A stretch of 64,000 bases of DNA, from positions 186,001 through 250,000 of the forward strand of contig JADIIX010000011.1 of the NCBI GenBank assembly GCA_027604505.1. The letters run 5' to 3'. Below are positions 49,190-61,921 of this stretch, piece by piece (the first letter of the stretch is position 1; every line of letters starts with the position of its first letter). The translations under genes and the position numbers were made by a program. The notes beneath the pieces are model-generated. The model saw nothing but the letters and a program-made list of their open reading frames with translations. It had not been told where the DNA came from and searched no databases. The stretch is from Gonapodya sp. JEL0774. Taxonomy: Eukaryota.

Positions 49190-50797
49190 ATGCAAATAAC
49201 CCCCAACAGCTACATCGGAAATGTCGATTCTTGCTGCCTCCATTCTTGCCTCCGTCGCCCGTGTCTCTGTCGTGAACAAAGTGGACAATCTGTTTACAAA
49301 ATCGATGAAAATGGACAATACCCCGTGGCATCCTTTTCCCTGGCATCAGCTTTGGACTCTCTCTACCGGTCGGCTCTATCGGAGCACGATGCGAAGATAT
49401 CGGGGAGGATCTTTGAGAATGAGAGGACGTTGCTTGACAACAGCGCAATAAGTGCACCGTCGCTTCCTTGCGGCAGTCACAACGCGATCGACAGCAATGC
49501 CTTCGTTCAGCGTCTCATGCTCCTCGCTGCTGCGGATACCGTGGTGCGCCAGCAGCGAAAGCTCCAAGAGGAGCTGATGCCGCAACCACCCTTGCCGCAA
49601 TTCACCCCTCCACTTCCTTCCCCCGCACTCACAGCTGAAGCCGCACCCCGTGACGTATCGCCTCTTCTGTCGTCGTCACCATTTGCTGTTCCTAGCCCCC
49701 CTGCCACCGATGACGGTGTCAGTCTGCCGCCCGACTCCGCGGCGTTCCTCTCCCTCCAACAGTTCATCGGAGACGAGTACTCTTCGAATGATCTCTTCGA
49801 GTCACTGTTCGACTTCAGTGGCGGGCAACAGCACGATTTGCGGCTCGAGCCACACGCTGAAGGTGTCTCCCTCGAGCCCATGGCGCCTTCGGACTTCTCC
49901 GGTTTTGTTTTTGAGGCGAACTTGGACTCGGAAATGGGTTTCCCCTTCGAGTTCCCCGCTGACATCGACCTCAACAGAGTGGAGTCCGACTTACTGCAGA
50001 GTTCGCCCTTCAAGATGGAAGAAAGTGTCCCTCGGGCCGACGGCGAACTTGCCATGTATGCATCGATGGACTTGGACAAGCTACTTTCGAGTTTAGGTCT
50101 GCCCCTTGGTGCTCCCTCATTCGAGTATCCGACACCTGCTCAACAACCATCAAGTGAGCCCGAGTACGTCTACTTCAAGGATGAGCACTCGGACTCAGCG
50201 TCGCCGCCTCCCGAAACATTCAAGCGCTCGTCGTCGTGCGAAGCATCGAGTGACCGATCGAGCCCTCCTGCATCATCATGTAAGGCGCCAAAGTCATCCC
50301 GCCGAAAGCTCAACAGTGACGAGCCAGGCGAGGGTTCTATCATAATGCCTGGTTATGCGCGGAACCGAGGGACAGCACCCAAGAAGTACCAATGCCACCA
50401 ATGCGGCCACTTGTTCAGTCGTCGCTACAACCTGTGAGTGTGGCTGATTTCCTCGGTCTGTGTCCACCTTCTTACCTCCGAACTTTCCGTTTTGGTAGTG
50501 TGACCCACGCTCGCGTGCACGAAGACTCGAGGGACCGCCCTTACGTGTGCTCCGAGCCAGGCTGCGGTGCAACGTTCTACCGACCTCCGGACCTGCAAAG
50601 ACACGCAACGGTGCACACGAAGGACAAGCCGTACCAGTGTGCGGACTGTCTTAAGTGGTTCACGAGGAAGGATGCCCTTAAGAGACACATCTGTGAGTAC
50701 TGAGGTTTGAAGGCCATTAATGTGTACGGCGCCACGAACAAAATCATTTCGTTTATTAGTGGTGAAGGGCTGCCGACCGCCGGTGGACGGAATATGA
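49190..50797 (+). CDS. Three-finger C2H2/C2HC transcription factor (start uncertain)
   Basis: YQCHQCGHLFSRRYNL|VTHARVH, YVCSEPGCGATFYRPPDLQRHATVH, YQCADCLKWFTRKDALKRHI|LVKGC; acidic/Pro-rich N-terminal region; stop TGA 50795-50797. Confidence 0.9.
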
Positions 50798-51174
50798 GTT
50801 TCCTTGGATGATTCTTATCGTGCATTTCGCTTGCACGTTGTCGGTGTCTGCCTTTACCACTGCTGCTTGGACACAAATCAGTCCTCGCCGAGGGTTCAGT
50901 ACGAGGATAAGAGGAGTTTTACTGGACATGAGTTGCCTGGAGGGCAGGCGGGGGCGTTGGAGGGCAACGCAGGGGGTTTCACATCGATTCAGCTTCGGAC
51001 GGGCACTACTTTTTACACATGTTTTGCCACTACTTTTACCCAGCGTAGAAACATTTTCTTGATTGTACGATCTATTTCATTCCTTTCTCCTCTAATTGTT
51101 TTTCCTCTGATCGCTAATTTACCAATGGTTTGTTGAATGTCGGTGTGGAATCGGCATACCAGAAGTTAACACAC

Positions 51175-53505
51175 ATGTCTGAAAAGCGCCCCCGCCGAAA
51201 AGCGGCGCAGAAAGCAAACATAAGGTGTGTGAGCAACTTTGCCTTTGCTTCTCCCGTTCGGATCCCGCAGTGCCCACGAATCACTCGATGGTTTGTATAT
51301 CAAAACCCCGCGCGTTTGAACCTTTGGAACCGCGTTTGTGATCGTTGTTCGGACTCCATCTGCTATCATATCTATGGAGTGCATCTTATTTTGTTGGATA
51401 TGTCCTGGACGAGGAGCCTGTCGGTGAGTTGGGTGTCTTGGTGTGATCGGTGATATCGTTACTAGAAACCTCAAAATGACCCGTTTTGCACAACGGATTA
51501 TCCTACTTTAGATTTGATTATGCAGAAATTTGCTGAGCTGGAGAAATACGAAAAGGAGGTCGCCTCGAAACCTACCGCAACAGACAACTCGCCACCAAAC
51601 CCTTCCTCACCCCTTGGCATCGAGCTGGAATCTGTGGTGTTCTCCGAAAAGCAACTTGAGGACGTATTTTTGCGAACCTCGGCCCTTAACGTCCGGAATG
51701 GTGTGGGAGTGAGTGCATCCACAGCAGTTAACGTGGGGCAAAGGAATCACTTCGGAGCGAAGACGTGGGACAGTCGACTCCACCCCCAAAGTTTATTAGA
51801 GATTGAGAGAGGGGCAGAATATCAAGAGGAGTCCTCGTACTCTGCCTCTTCCGACGAATCATGGACAGGTCTCGCTCGCTCGGCCAAATCCAAAAGAAGA
51901 CAAAGCCGTGGCAATCATCCCGACGGCGTCGCTCGCAAACGGATTCGACAAGCTAAGACCGACATTGTTGGAACTCCTGGTGGACGTAGAAGTCTCGGGG
52001 CACAACATATCCATCGTGGGAAATCGGAGTCGGATCTGGTTGGGCCCCCTGGTGGCGCGCTGGGTCCAGTACATGCGCTTCGTGATCCATTTGAAGATTT
52101 TGCTGTTGCACTTGATGATGAAGAGGATTTTTGTGAAGGCACAGATGCCACGAATGACGAAGAAGAAGACATGACAACCACCCGTTCACGGGCGTCCCTC
52201 CACGCCATGGGTCGTGAAGCGGATCGAGGGTATTTAATATCTCGATATGAAGAGATACAAGATGTGGTTAATCAAGTCAATACCGGATCAGCAGTTGGGG
52301 ACGTCCACCAATCTCTTCGGCCTGTTGCCGTTCGAAGAGACAGGTGCGTGCCTTTCCGTGAAGTTTGTGAATCTCACGGAATTCAAAATGTGATCTGTTA
52401 ACTTTTAGTAAGTTTGATCCTTCGTTACCTTCCTATGTGCGGATCCCGGCCGCCCCTGTTCCAACATCGTGGTCTAAACATATCGCACAGTTCGTGGACC
52501 CCGTAAATGCCGCGATACCATGCGCGACGTAAGCACAGTGAGCGACTGGTGGCGAATGCTGTCTGCTATGTACCTCAGTAGTGTGTCCTTTGCATATCAT
52601 TTTTGCCCAAGATCGTTGCACTTTCCGGATCTTTCCTCTTTCAATCTGAGTGATATTGGAAGCAGATACCACTGTGTTCTTGCTGATCCACCCATCGTAG
52701 CTTCGGGTCTAGCTCGTTTTCCGGGGGAAATAACTCTGATGGAATTTGTGCGTCGATTTCATTCAGACAGATGTGTATGCATCAAATCTTTCAACCCCAT
52801 TTTCTCAGTCATCGATAGCTCTCCCATCCCTCCTTAGCCCTGGTGGATTTCTTTTTGTTTGGACATCGAAACCATACATTCCGGCAATGCTTGAAGTCGT
52901 CGAACGAGGTTGGGGCTTACGCTATGTGGAGAACATAGTGTGGGTCAAACGGACAGTCGGAAACAAGTCTGTCGACTTCAACTCGAAGAAGCAACGATTA
53001 ACAGGGTGGATTGGTTCAGGAACAGAGACTTGCATTGTGTTTCGAAAAGTAAGAAAAGTTCTCAGATCAGAGAGGGGATATGGCACAGCACTTTGATTAT
53101 TTTGGATATTTCACGAAGGAAGGGGAGCTTGACATTCGCCATCAGCGCAGTCCGGACGTTATCATTGACTTTCTAAAGCCTGTCGAAGAAGGTAGATTCC
53201 CTCGCTCCCTTCTTCAAGTACTCTTTTCTTGATGTGCCATCTGCATTATTTGCAGATTCACGGTCTATAGAAAGGCCAAGCCGCATCTATGAGATCATTG
53301 AGACTCTACTTCCTTCGGCGACTTTCAACCCCGATACTCAAAGGAGTGCTGATTTTCTCCTGGAACTGTGAGTATTGTGGAACAGAGTAAGGAATGTGTA
53401 ATTTACAAGTGGCCCTTGGGTTCTAGTTGGGCGACGCCTGGCACGCGTAGATCAGGATGGACGAGCATTAGTATCCAACAAAATATGAAGGCATTGCATC
53501 ATTGA
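51175..53505 (+). CDS. MT-A70 family N6-adenine methyltransferase-like protein (MTA9/AMT6-7-like), multi-exon
   Basis: YHCVLADPPI, PGGFLFVWT, WGLRYVENIVWVK, ETCIVFRK, LDIRHQRSPDVIIDF, IYEIIETLLP, LLELWA..RRSGW. Confidence 0.82.
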
Positions 53506-53648
53506 AATTTACAATGAGATGAAATGTTCGACGGTTGCCTTGCAAGTGCTTTTACAGCCGGCCGCACATACCCAACAAACGTTTCTCTGTCTGTCCCACC
53601 AACGCATAATTTCTCGATCCCTTCTGGCACTGTCGTCATTCCTTTGTC

Positions 53649-56503
53649 ATGTTCGTGTCACCAAGATTCCTCGCTCTCGTTCTGACCCTGCTTTCGCTCA
53701 ATGGGACCCACGCGTCATGGGAGATTTCTCTCCCCGAATATGCAATCACATCATGTAGTTTGTTGGGAGATGCCGCTCGAATATCGTCAGTATCGCTTGC
53801 TGTAGACGAGTCTCGGTCGACCGCGAACATATCAGGAACGCTCACCTTCACATCTTCATTGCCTGTCACTTTGGGTGTTGGTGAGGAAAGAAGTAGATGG
53901 AGACAGGTTCCAACGCCACTGTATCTCACCCGCCTCATGTCTCAGCTACGATCAACTCATCTTGTGCTCTCCTGGGATTCAGTGCGAGTTCTCAATTGGA
54001 CAGTTGCAATGTTACAGATTGCTCCTCCAGCACAAAAACTCGCCAACTTCAACTGGTAAGCTTTGAACATTATACAATTTGACAATCTGTGCTGAGGTAG
54101 TTATTTGCTGTGCAGAGTGTTACGATTCCGACATCCATTCCTTTGCTTCCTCTCTTCGATGTGTCTTTTGAGCTAGCATTCCAAATCCTCAACGAGACGC
54201 AAACCAGTGTTACATGCTTTAGTATTCGCTCATTTTTGTCATCTAGATCGGCTTTCGATACCCTCTTGGGCATCACGACTGGAGTTATTCCTCTTCTCCT
54301 TGCATTTGTGGCGATATTGCTCTTTCTACACATGTTATTGGAAACCACATCTTTCATGTTTGCGACTGTCGGTGCTCCTGAAGAACATGTGGCCCTGCCA
54401 CGGCCAATGAGATCTTTGGCTTTCTCAGATGTACTGCACATGCTGCAATTTATCGCACTCTGCGGCCTCTTGCGACTAGATTACCCAATTTTCTATGGGA
54501 AGATTTCTCAGCAAATGCTCTGGAGTAGCGGGATGATGGTGAATCGTGACGGGAACTGGTTTCGCATGGTGTTGGGATTTTTCGATAGGGTGGGCCAAGT
54601 CGCGAATCGGGTCGACTCCACAAATGGCAGAGATACCAAATTGCCGATTGCCGAAGCCGTCTTAGCTTCCGGCGTTGGGGCAGATACTCTCATTGTTTAT
54701 ATCCTCATACTCTTTGCGCTGGCCCAGATCGTTGTGTTTTCACTGGGCGGTTTGGCATTGATATTTGCTGAGTGTTTTGGATGTTGCTTCCTTGCAAGTA
54801 GTAAGAGTGGGCGCGACAGGAGGCGACGTTTTTTGATCCCCATTTTGCTAGGTAAATTGATAAATTACTTGCGGGATTTTGCTAATGATCAATCAGTCTC
54901 CCACTCGCAACAGGCAATTTCATCCGCGTTTGGCGACTCAGTCTCCTTCCTGTATCACTGGGATGCTCCTACTCTGTTTACCGCTATGTGATGGACCCGC
55001 CCTCTGGCATCCCAGTGTCGTTTATTGTGTCAATCTTCGCCGCCTTCCTCCTTCTTGTTCTTCCACTCAGCCTCTTCGCTCATCTCGTAACTCGGGTGAT
55101 TCAACCTTCCAACCAGCTTTTCACAAATCCGCTCAGTCTCGCTAGTGTTGGAACCCTCTACAATACTTTTAAACCGGAACGTGTTTGGTTTGCGGTCGCC
55201 CCGCTTGTACTTTACGCTGCCGAGGGAATTGTCGTCGGAGGGGCCCAACATAGTTCAATCGCTCAAGTTGCTGTTCTTGCCTGCACTGAAGCGGTTTACT
55301 TCCTACTATTTCTCGCTTCGCAACCCAATGAATCAACTCTTCGCAACGTCACGTCGTCCATCATAAATTTTGCACGGCTTATTAACGTTTGCCTCCTCGT
55401 TGTATTTGTACCAGGGGTGGTCGATCCTGAGGACGCAACGAAAACATTTGTGGCGTGGGGAATACTAGCAGTACAGACTGTTGAGCTGATTCTCGTCTGC
55501 CTTCTTGCACTGGGTCTCCTTGTTTCCCTTCTTGTACGACTATATCGTGGTCCACGGAGTACGAAAGAAGTTCGAGAAACCAAGCCTGCCCTTCATCGCA
55601 CACCGACGGTGCGATCCACTATGTATTCTGGATCACCGACATCAGCACCAAAGCAAAATTGCGAGTCGCCTTATTCTGAAATGGTCAAGCTCAAGCAACT
55701 ACGGGAGTTCACAACGAAAACAGCCAACGAGCTGACTACCAAAACTGCGGCACCGTTACACACCCAGACGAACGAAGAAGCGCCAAGCCCTCAAAATGAT
55801 CATCAAGGCAAGTTATGTGTAGACTAATATCGAACTCCCTGAACTCCTAAACTTAGATCTGACTGTGGTGACAGGACCACGATGCGATGATGAAGCAAGT
55901 GAATCCAACCCAAGTCCCATCATTTGCCTTGAAAGCCCGGAACTTGAAGGACCATCTAGCTACTTAGATCCGAATTTCGGTGGCTCAAACCAAGAGGATA
56001 TTTACACTAGCATCGACGGTCTTCTCGGAGATGCCGTTGAAGGCGAGACTGCAGATATAACAACGTCAGCTTACGCACAGTCACCAGCAGTCTTGAGTAC
56101 TCGAGGTCTCCCGATCATACGATCTTCACTGCCAGAGCCCACTGGCACGTCAACTGCAACCAGACAAGGCCAATCCCGCCCGCCTATTCCTCCATTTCAG
56201 CAAAGGTTTGACGTCAATCAGGGACCCAGCACCGCCTCATATCGCCTCAGTCCCGGCACCGTGGATCTGGATCGCGAATTTGAGAGCACGGTTTTGGAGG
56301 ATGTGGATGATGCATCACCTGATGTTGCGATCCACGAACCAATATCCAGTGATTCCAAGAGGCCCAGTAAAACTCTCTTCTCAATGCTCAGCAATCTCAC
56401 ATGGACTCCAATGTCCGGGGATTCTGGTCCGGATGCAGTTACACCGGTGTCTTTGGTGCGAACCATTCCCACTGAGTACCGAAGTCGGACGGGAGACACA
56501 TGA
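53649..56503 (+). CDS. Fungal TRP-like / flavin carrier (FLC, Pkd2-like) multi-pass membrane protein
   Basis: Signal peptide, ML-like Cys-containing luminal domain, LQFIALCGLLRLDYP, GTLYNTFKPERVWF, multiple TM helices, disordered tail. Confidence 0.8.
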
Positions 56504-56595
56504 CCATAGTATTGTACTCAATGTGGACGCAGAATTGCATGAGAACGTTCTACACCAGCTGACCTGTATACTTCCCCCACCTCGACAGTCAATTA

Positions 56596-58607
56596 TTAGT
56601 ATACGTGAATATCAGTCGGGTCCACTCCCCGAAGGCTGGGTACTTCGCTGCCTGGAACGTACCTGTGAGGCGAATAAATTATGAGACTGTTGAGAGCCAG
56701 GACACTGGGATCAAAGCATTTTCCAAAGCACACCCACACGTCCTTGTACAACTGCTCCATTGGAGGTTCAGGGCTCTTCTTTGCTTCTTCAACAGCTTCA
56801 TCAACCAGCTTCCGTGCCGCCTTGTCAATTTCCTTGATCTCCTCCTCAGTAGCGATGCTATGGTCGAGAATCCGGTTCTTGAGACCAGTAATGCAGTCGT
56901 TGTGAGATCGCATGTAGTTGATTTCCTCACGAGAACGGTAGGTCGTTCCCGGATCGGACATGGAGTGACCTCCATATCTGTTGAATGAATTGTCGATTCA
57001 ACAGTGCACCAGGTTCTTGAATCGCCCAATAGCGACTCACCGGTATGTTACGAACTCCATGAGGAGCGGTCCGCGTCCACTAATGCACCATTCGCGAGCA
57101 AGTTTCGCAGCGTCACGTACCGCGAGCACATCCATTCCATTGACTCGGAGGCCGGGGATGTACTCGCAACGGGTGTAAAAGTGGGTGTTTTTGGCGGCTC
57201 GGTCCTGGCTATGGGCGCAAGACACAAATCTCTGAGCGATCATGAAGCAACAAATCTAGCTGGAAATCTCACCGGGTCCCCATGCCGTACATGTTGTTCT
57301 CACAGACGAATGTTACAGGCAGCTTCCAGAGCGCAGCCCTGGAAATGGAAGATAGCAGCCATCAGCAAAATTCAATCACATGCATCAATTTACTGCAACT
57401 CGTTCTCATATCAGTACAATTCATCCACACATCCGTTCAAGCGCTTGCAACCAACATATCGCAGGTTCCACATTTATCATTCAGGCGCCAGCCGCGACTC
57501 ACATGTTATATGCTTCAAACGCCTGGCCCTGGTTCGCCGCGCCGTCACCATACATGGTGAATGTCATTGCCTGTTGTCCCTTGAACTGCTGAGACAACGC
57601 AAGACCGGCTCCAATAGGAATTTGAGCGCCAACAATACCGTTACCGCCGTAAAAGTGATTTGGGACGTTGTACATGTGCATGGAGCCGCCTGAAATGAAG
57701 GGCTTTGATATTTGTATTTCTTTTGTCGACGTTGACGGCACATCTTACTGGCTCACCTTTGCCCAAAGAAACGCCATCAACCCGTCCCATCAATTCTGCA
57801 ATGATTCCAGTCGGCGTACAGCCCCTTGTGTACGCGATACCGTGACAGCGATACGCCGTGATGATCGCGTCCTCCCTTGTAGTGGCGAAATCCATACCAA
57901 CCGCGATGGCCTCTTGGCCAGTGGAGAGGTGACAGAAACCGCGAATCATGCGGGATTTGTAGAGTGCGTCAGCTGCTGTCTCAATCCGCCGGATTGTGAC
58001 CATGGAGCGGTAAATAGAGAGTAGGTCAGCTTTTGTTGCGGAGGTTTTGAGGGGAGGCATCGGGCAATCGAGGTGGGATTCATAGGTGGAGGCTTCGAGA
58101 TCGAATTCGAAGACCTAGAAGGTGAGGGAAAGGAGCACATGATGAAATAATGGGGTGAGTCCACTCAGTACTCCGGTTGTGTAAACTCTTCGTAGTTCGC
58201 TGTACCACAGACAGGAGAGGGAATGAAATTCAAAAAAGCAACGTATAATTCGTCCCGGTTCTCTTTGTGGGAAAGGTCTGTAAGTCATTTTCACTCTGCG
58301 CCGAGGTCCCTGTGTGGATCCTTCACGAATTATTCCAAGGCATCGAATTCAACCGTCAGCGTCACGTCCGCATGCCACTTGCCTTTTCGCCATCTACTAC
58401 GTCACTTGCGACCGATGCGAAATTGGCCGAAGAAGTGGAAACGGAACGAGCGATTGGAGCGGCGATTAAGGAATTCGAAGGGAGAGACAACGCAGGAAGT
58501 CTGGAAGGAAGAGCAGAAGTCGTGCGCCGAAGCGCGTTTCCATGTTTTAACAGGCGCGGCGAGAGAGGAACCATAGATCGCATCAGCATCGTAGTCGTTG
58601 ATCCCAT
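56596..58607 (-). CDS. PDA1: Pyruvate dehydrogenase E1 alpha subunit, mitochondrial
   Basis: [60 protein letters not shown]; start 58607 or 58589. Confidence 0.97.
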
Positions 58608-58821
58608 GCAATTGCGAACCCCAATATCACACCCCGCTGCTGCGCCACAGGTCCCTCCCAACTTCGCGAATCGGGACCAAATAATGTAAGTGTTGCACTC
58701 TTTAAAGACGAGCAAGCTTCTCTTCAATTTGAAAGCACTTTCAGCTGCCCTGCTTTTTTTTCTTTACATGACTATACGTGTCACGGCATCGGCTATTTTT
58801 CGCAAGGGCACATAGAGTATT

Positions 58822-61666
58822 CTAAAGATGTGCTCTGATAAGCTTCTTCTCCTTTAGCCGTCTTATGAAGTCTTCTTTGAGCGGTTTTTTGGCCGTCTTT
58901 TGCGATCGAAGATTTCGCAATGTCGAATGTGTTGGCACTTGTCACACCCAAAACAAAACCTCCACCATAAAATCTCACCTTGAAGGTAGTTCCCAATTCC
59001 AAAGCCTCACTTCGCACTTCGACAAGGCTTGGTAATTTAAAGCGTGCCATTCGCGGTATCAAATACTCTCGCAAGGCCGACGGCCGAAGCGCTGTCTGGG
59101 GGATCCCAGGTTTCAGCGAAACTATCGCCGCGACCTATAAACCAGGGCCCAATATTGTCGAGGTGTTCCCGAGCTCATTTATGAGTATGGAATGTGAGAG
59201 CACCGTACCTCCTCTCCGAGCACTTCATCCGGAACACCAAATACACAAGCCTGCCCGAGGAGTTTTCATCATGTATTTGACAGATATCCGCACATCATCT
59301 CAACATCAACTCACCATCTGTACCATTGGATGACTTTCGATAACATTCTCCACATCACTGCTGGCGATGTTCTCTCCACCCCGAATAATCATGTCCTGTA
59401 AGCACACGAGAGATCGCCGTAAGTTGTCGTGGGTGGACTCATTGATTTGTCGGATGTTCCCACAAACCTTGGATCTGTCCTTTAAATAGAGGAAGCCATC
59501 GTCCGCGATAAGCCCAATATCTGATGGAGAGATTGTGTGAAGGTTTGTGTGATAATACGCGATGGGACAAAACGAAGAATAAACCCACCCTGCGTATTGT
59601 ACCACCCATCCTTCCACTGCTTCTTTGTACCCTCCAGATTCTTGAAATATCTTCGGTGCCACAGTTCAGTCAATTCTGGGAGCCCAACACCCACACAAGA
59701 GGTTCTTGTACTCACCCAAAACTCGTCCACGCTGCCTTCTGCCACACGTCCCCCGCTTCTCCTTGCTTCACCTCAAGTCCCGTCTCAGGATTGACAATTT
59801 TAACTTGCACCGGTTTGAAAATGGGTCCGACCGAATCGGGTTTGTTGATGAAATCGAGACCTCCGTTGTAAGTGATGGCGAGGGTCTCTGAGGCGCCGTA
59901 AGAGTTAGTTGAAAGAATGGCGGCATTCAGTTCACTGCGGATGCGATGTTGAAGGTCTCTTCATGGTGATCGGGAACACATCAGATTTTTAGACAGAAAC
60001 AGCATGGCACACATTCATTGCTCACGGATTGACATTCATTGCACCCATCGAGACAGCCTTTCCGAGTGAAGCAAACACAGAAAGTGTCGCAACTTACTCA
60101 AACACAAAACAAGTTCATGGTATGAGTCTCACCAGCAAACTCTTCAGATCCCGCTTTTTGCGATCAGGGTGGTTTAAAACATGTTGCGCCATGGTCGGCA
60201 CAAAGAAAGCCGCACTGATCTTCTCCTTCTCGATCACCTCGAGAGCCTCGGCTGGGTCCCACTGTTGACACAGAATATCGTGGTTGCGGATATGTGTATA
60301 CACCAGTTCAAAATGCTCGTTTCCCAGCTCACCTTGTATGTGAAGACGACAAGTGCACCCTGCAAGATTCCTCCGAGACACGCGCCGATCCCGCCGAGGT
60401 GGAAGAGAGGCTAAAACATGGTTGAGAGGATGAGGGTCGAGTTAATTAATGTTCGGATATTCAAAAAGTGAAAGGTGAGCTATTTACCGAAACTTGCAAA
60501 ATGTGTTGTGGTGGCACAGAGAGTGGATCGTGATGTGGAAATCCTGGTGGGAGCGGTATACCGCTCCTCAACGCGATACGCGCAGTTACTGCTCTGAGGA
60601 ATACAATTACTTGACCCCACATGAACTGATTTGAAAGAATAGCTTTTGGGCGCCCAGTCGCTGTGCATCATGGCAATATAATTGTGTGGGGTTGCAATAA
60701 CAAGAAAACGTGTTGTTCACTCAAGTCGTACTCACTTCCCGAGCTGAAAAGAAGCATGCATCTATCTTGTGGTCCCGTTTCTACTTGAGGTAGTGAGTCG
60801 TCCGAAAGGTTTTGTCCACGAAGGAACTGCTCGTGTAGTCGAAGGACTCCCGGATACATTCCATGATTTGGAGGACGACGCGGATCGGCTCGAATGTGAA
60901 CAGTGTGCTGAAGTCCACCCTGCAATATTTGATACTTGTGAACTAGTCTGAAGCTTGGAATTGATGAATGACTCGTTCTACCTTCGCCAGCTCTTTCTGG
61001 AAGGGCTTGAGTGACTCCAAGCGATCGTCGTCACCAAACAGAATTCTGGGAACAGAATTAATTCAAACCCAGTCCCTTCGATAAAATCTTCGCACACACT
61101 GACCTAACATCCGCGTGTGTGACACACCAGCTCAGCTCACTCCCATTCAAAAATGCATTGAGGTGAACCGCACAAGCGCCAAGGCACTGAATGGCCCACC
61201 ACACTGCCATCCACTCGGGACTGTTTCTGCCGGCAATACCGATCATATCGTTTGGTTTGACATTGTAGGGCGCGGCGTGGAGTGTCCGGGCTATTGCAGC
61301 GACCAAACCGGCAAACTCCGCAAAGGTGTAGCGCTCCACGATTTTCTTCTGCGTGTCATGATACGCAATGTGTGTTCTTCCAGTGGGCTTGAAGATCTAC
61401 GTGCGGTCGTAGGTACAAACTTTGCGTGAGTAGAGAACCACATGGAAACGAACATCCAGTCCAAAATCCACCTTCATAAACCGGATGAACTCATGTCGGA
61501 GGCTTTGAGGGTACTCTTTGAAGGCGACAACATCGACGGTGTGTCCCTCCCAAGTCGGAATTTGAACAGTAGTGACTGGGAACTTCGCGTGCGGACTGAA
61601 AAACAACTCTCGTTCACACTCCGAAATAGATGGAGGCGCAAAACCGGTCGGAATCTGGATGCTCAT
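58822..61666 (-). CDS. AMP-binding acyl-CoA synthetase (FadD/4CL-like) with predicted PTS1 (-AHL), multi-exon
   Basis: ERYTFAEF, GRNSPEWMAVWWAI, MLLFSSG, YGASET, DIGLIADDGFLYLKDRSK|DMIIRGGENI, RFKLP; spliced end KKPLKEDFIRRLKEKKLIRAHL*. Confidence 0.9.
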
Positions 61667-61921
61667 TGCGGTTTGAAGTTGGTGTAATACGAGCGATCAA
61701 GTTTCGGAACTTTATGCTCTTTTCGGCACATTCTTTGCCGGGAGGCGATGGATCTTTTCTGGGGCACACAGCAATGGGAAGTGAGGGCCACGCTCGTGAT
61801 GCAAACCTGAGAAAGGGAGGTCGCCACCACCAAATAAATATACGAACAGCTCTTTCACGATCGTATTTATCTCGACTCCACCTACAGCGATTTTACTTTC
61901 CCGGACATTGCAATACATTGG

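Noticed and set aside
50430..50440. In-frame TGA ending several exon ORFs as selenocysteine or readthrough
   Set aside because: The TGAs are part of GTGAG splice donors; splicing restores the frame and no SECIS was identified.
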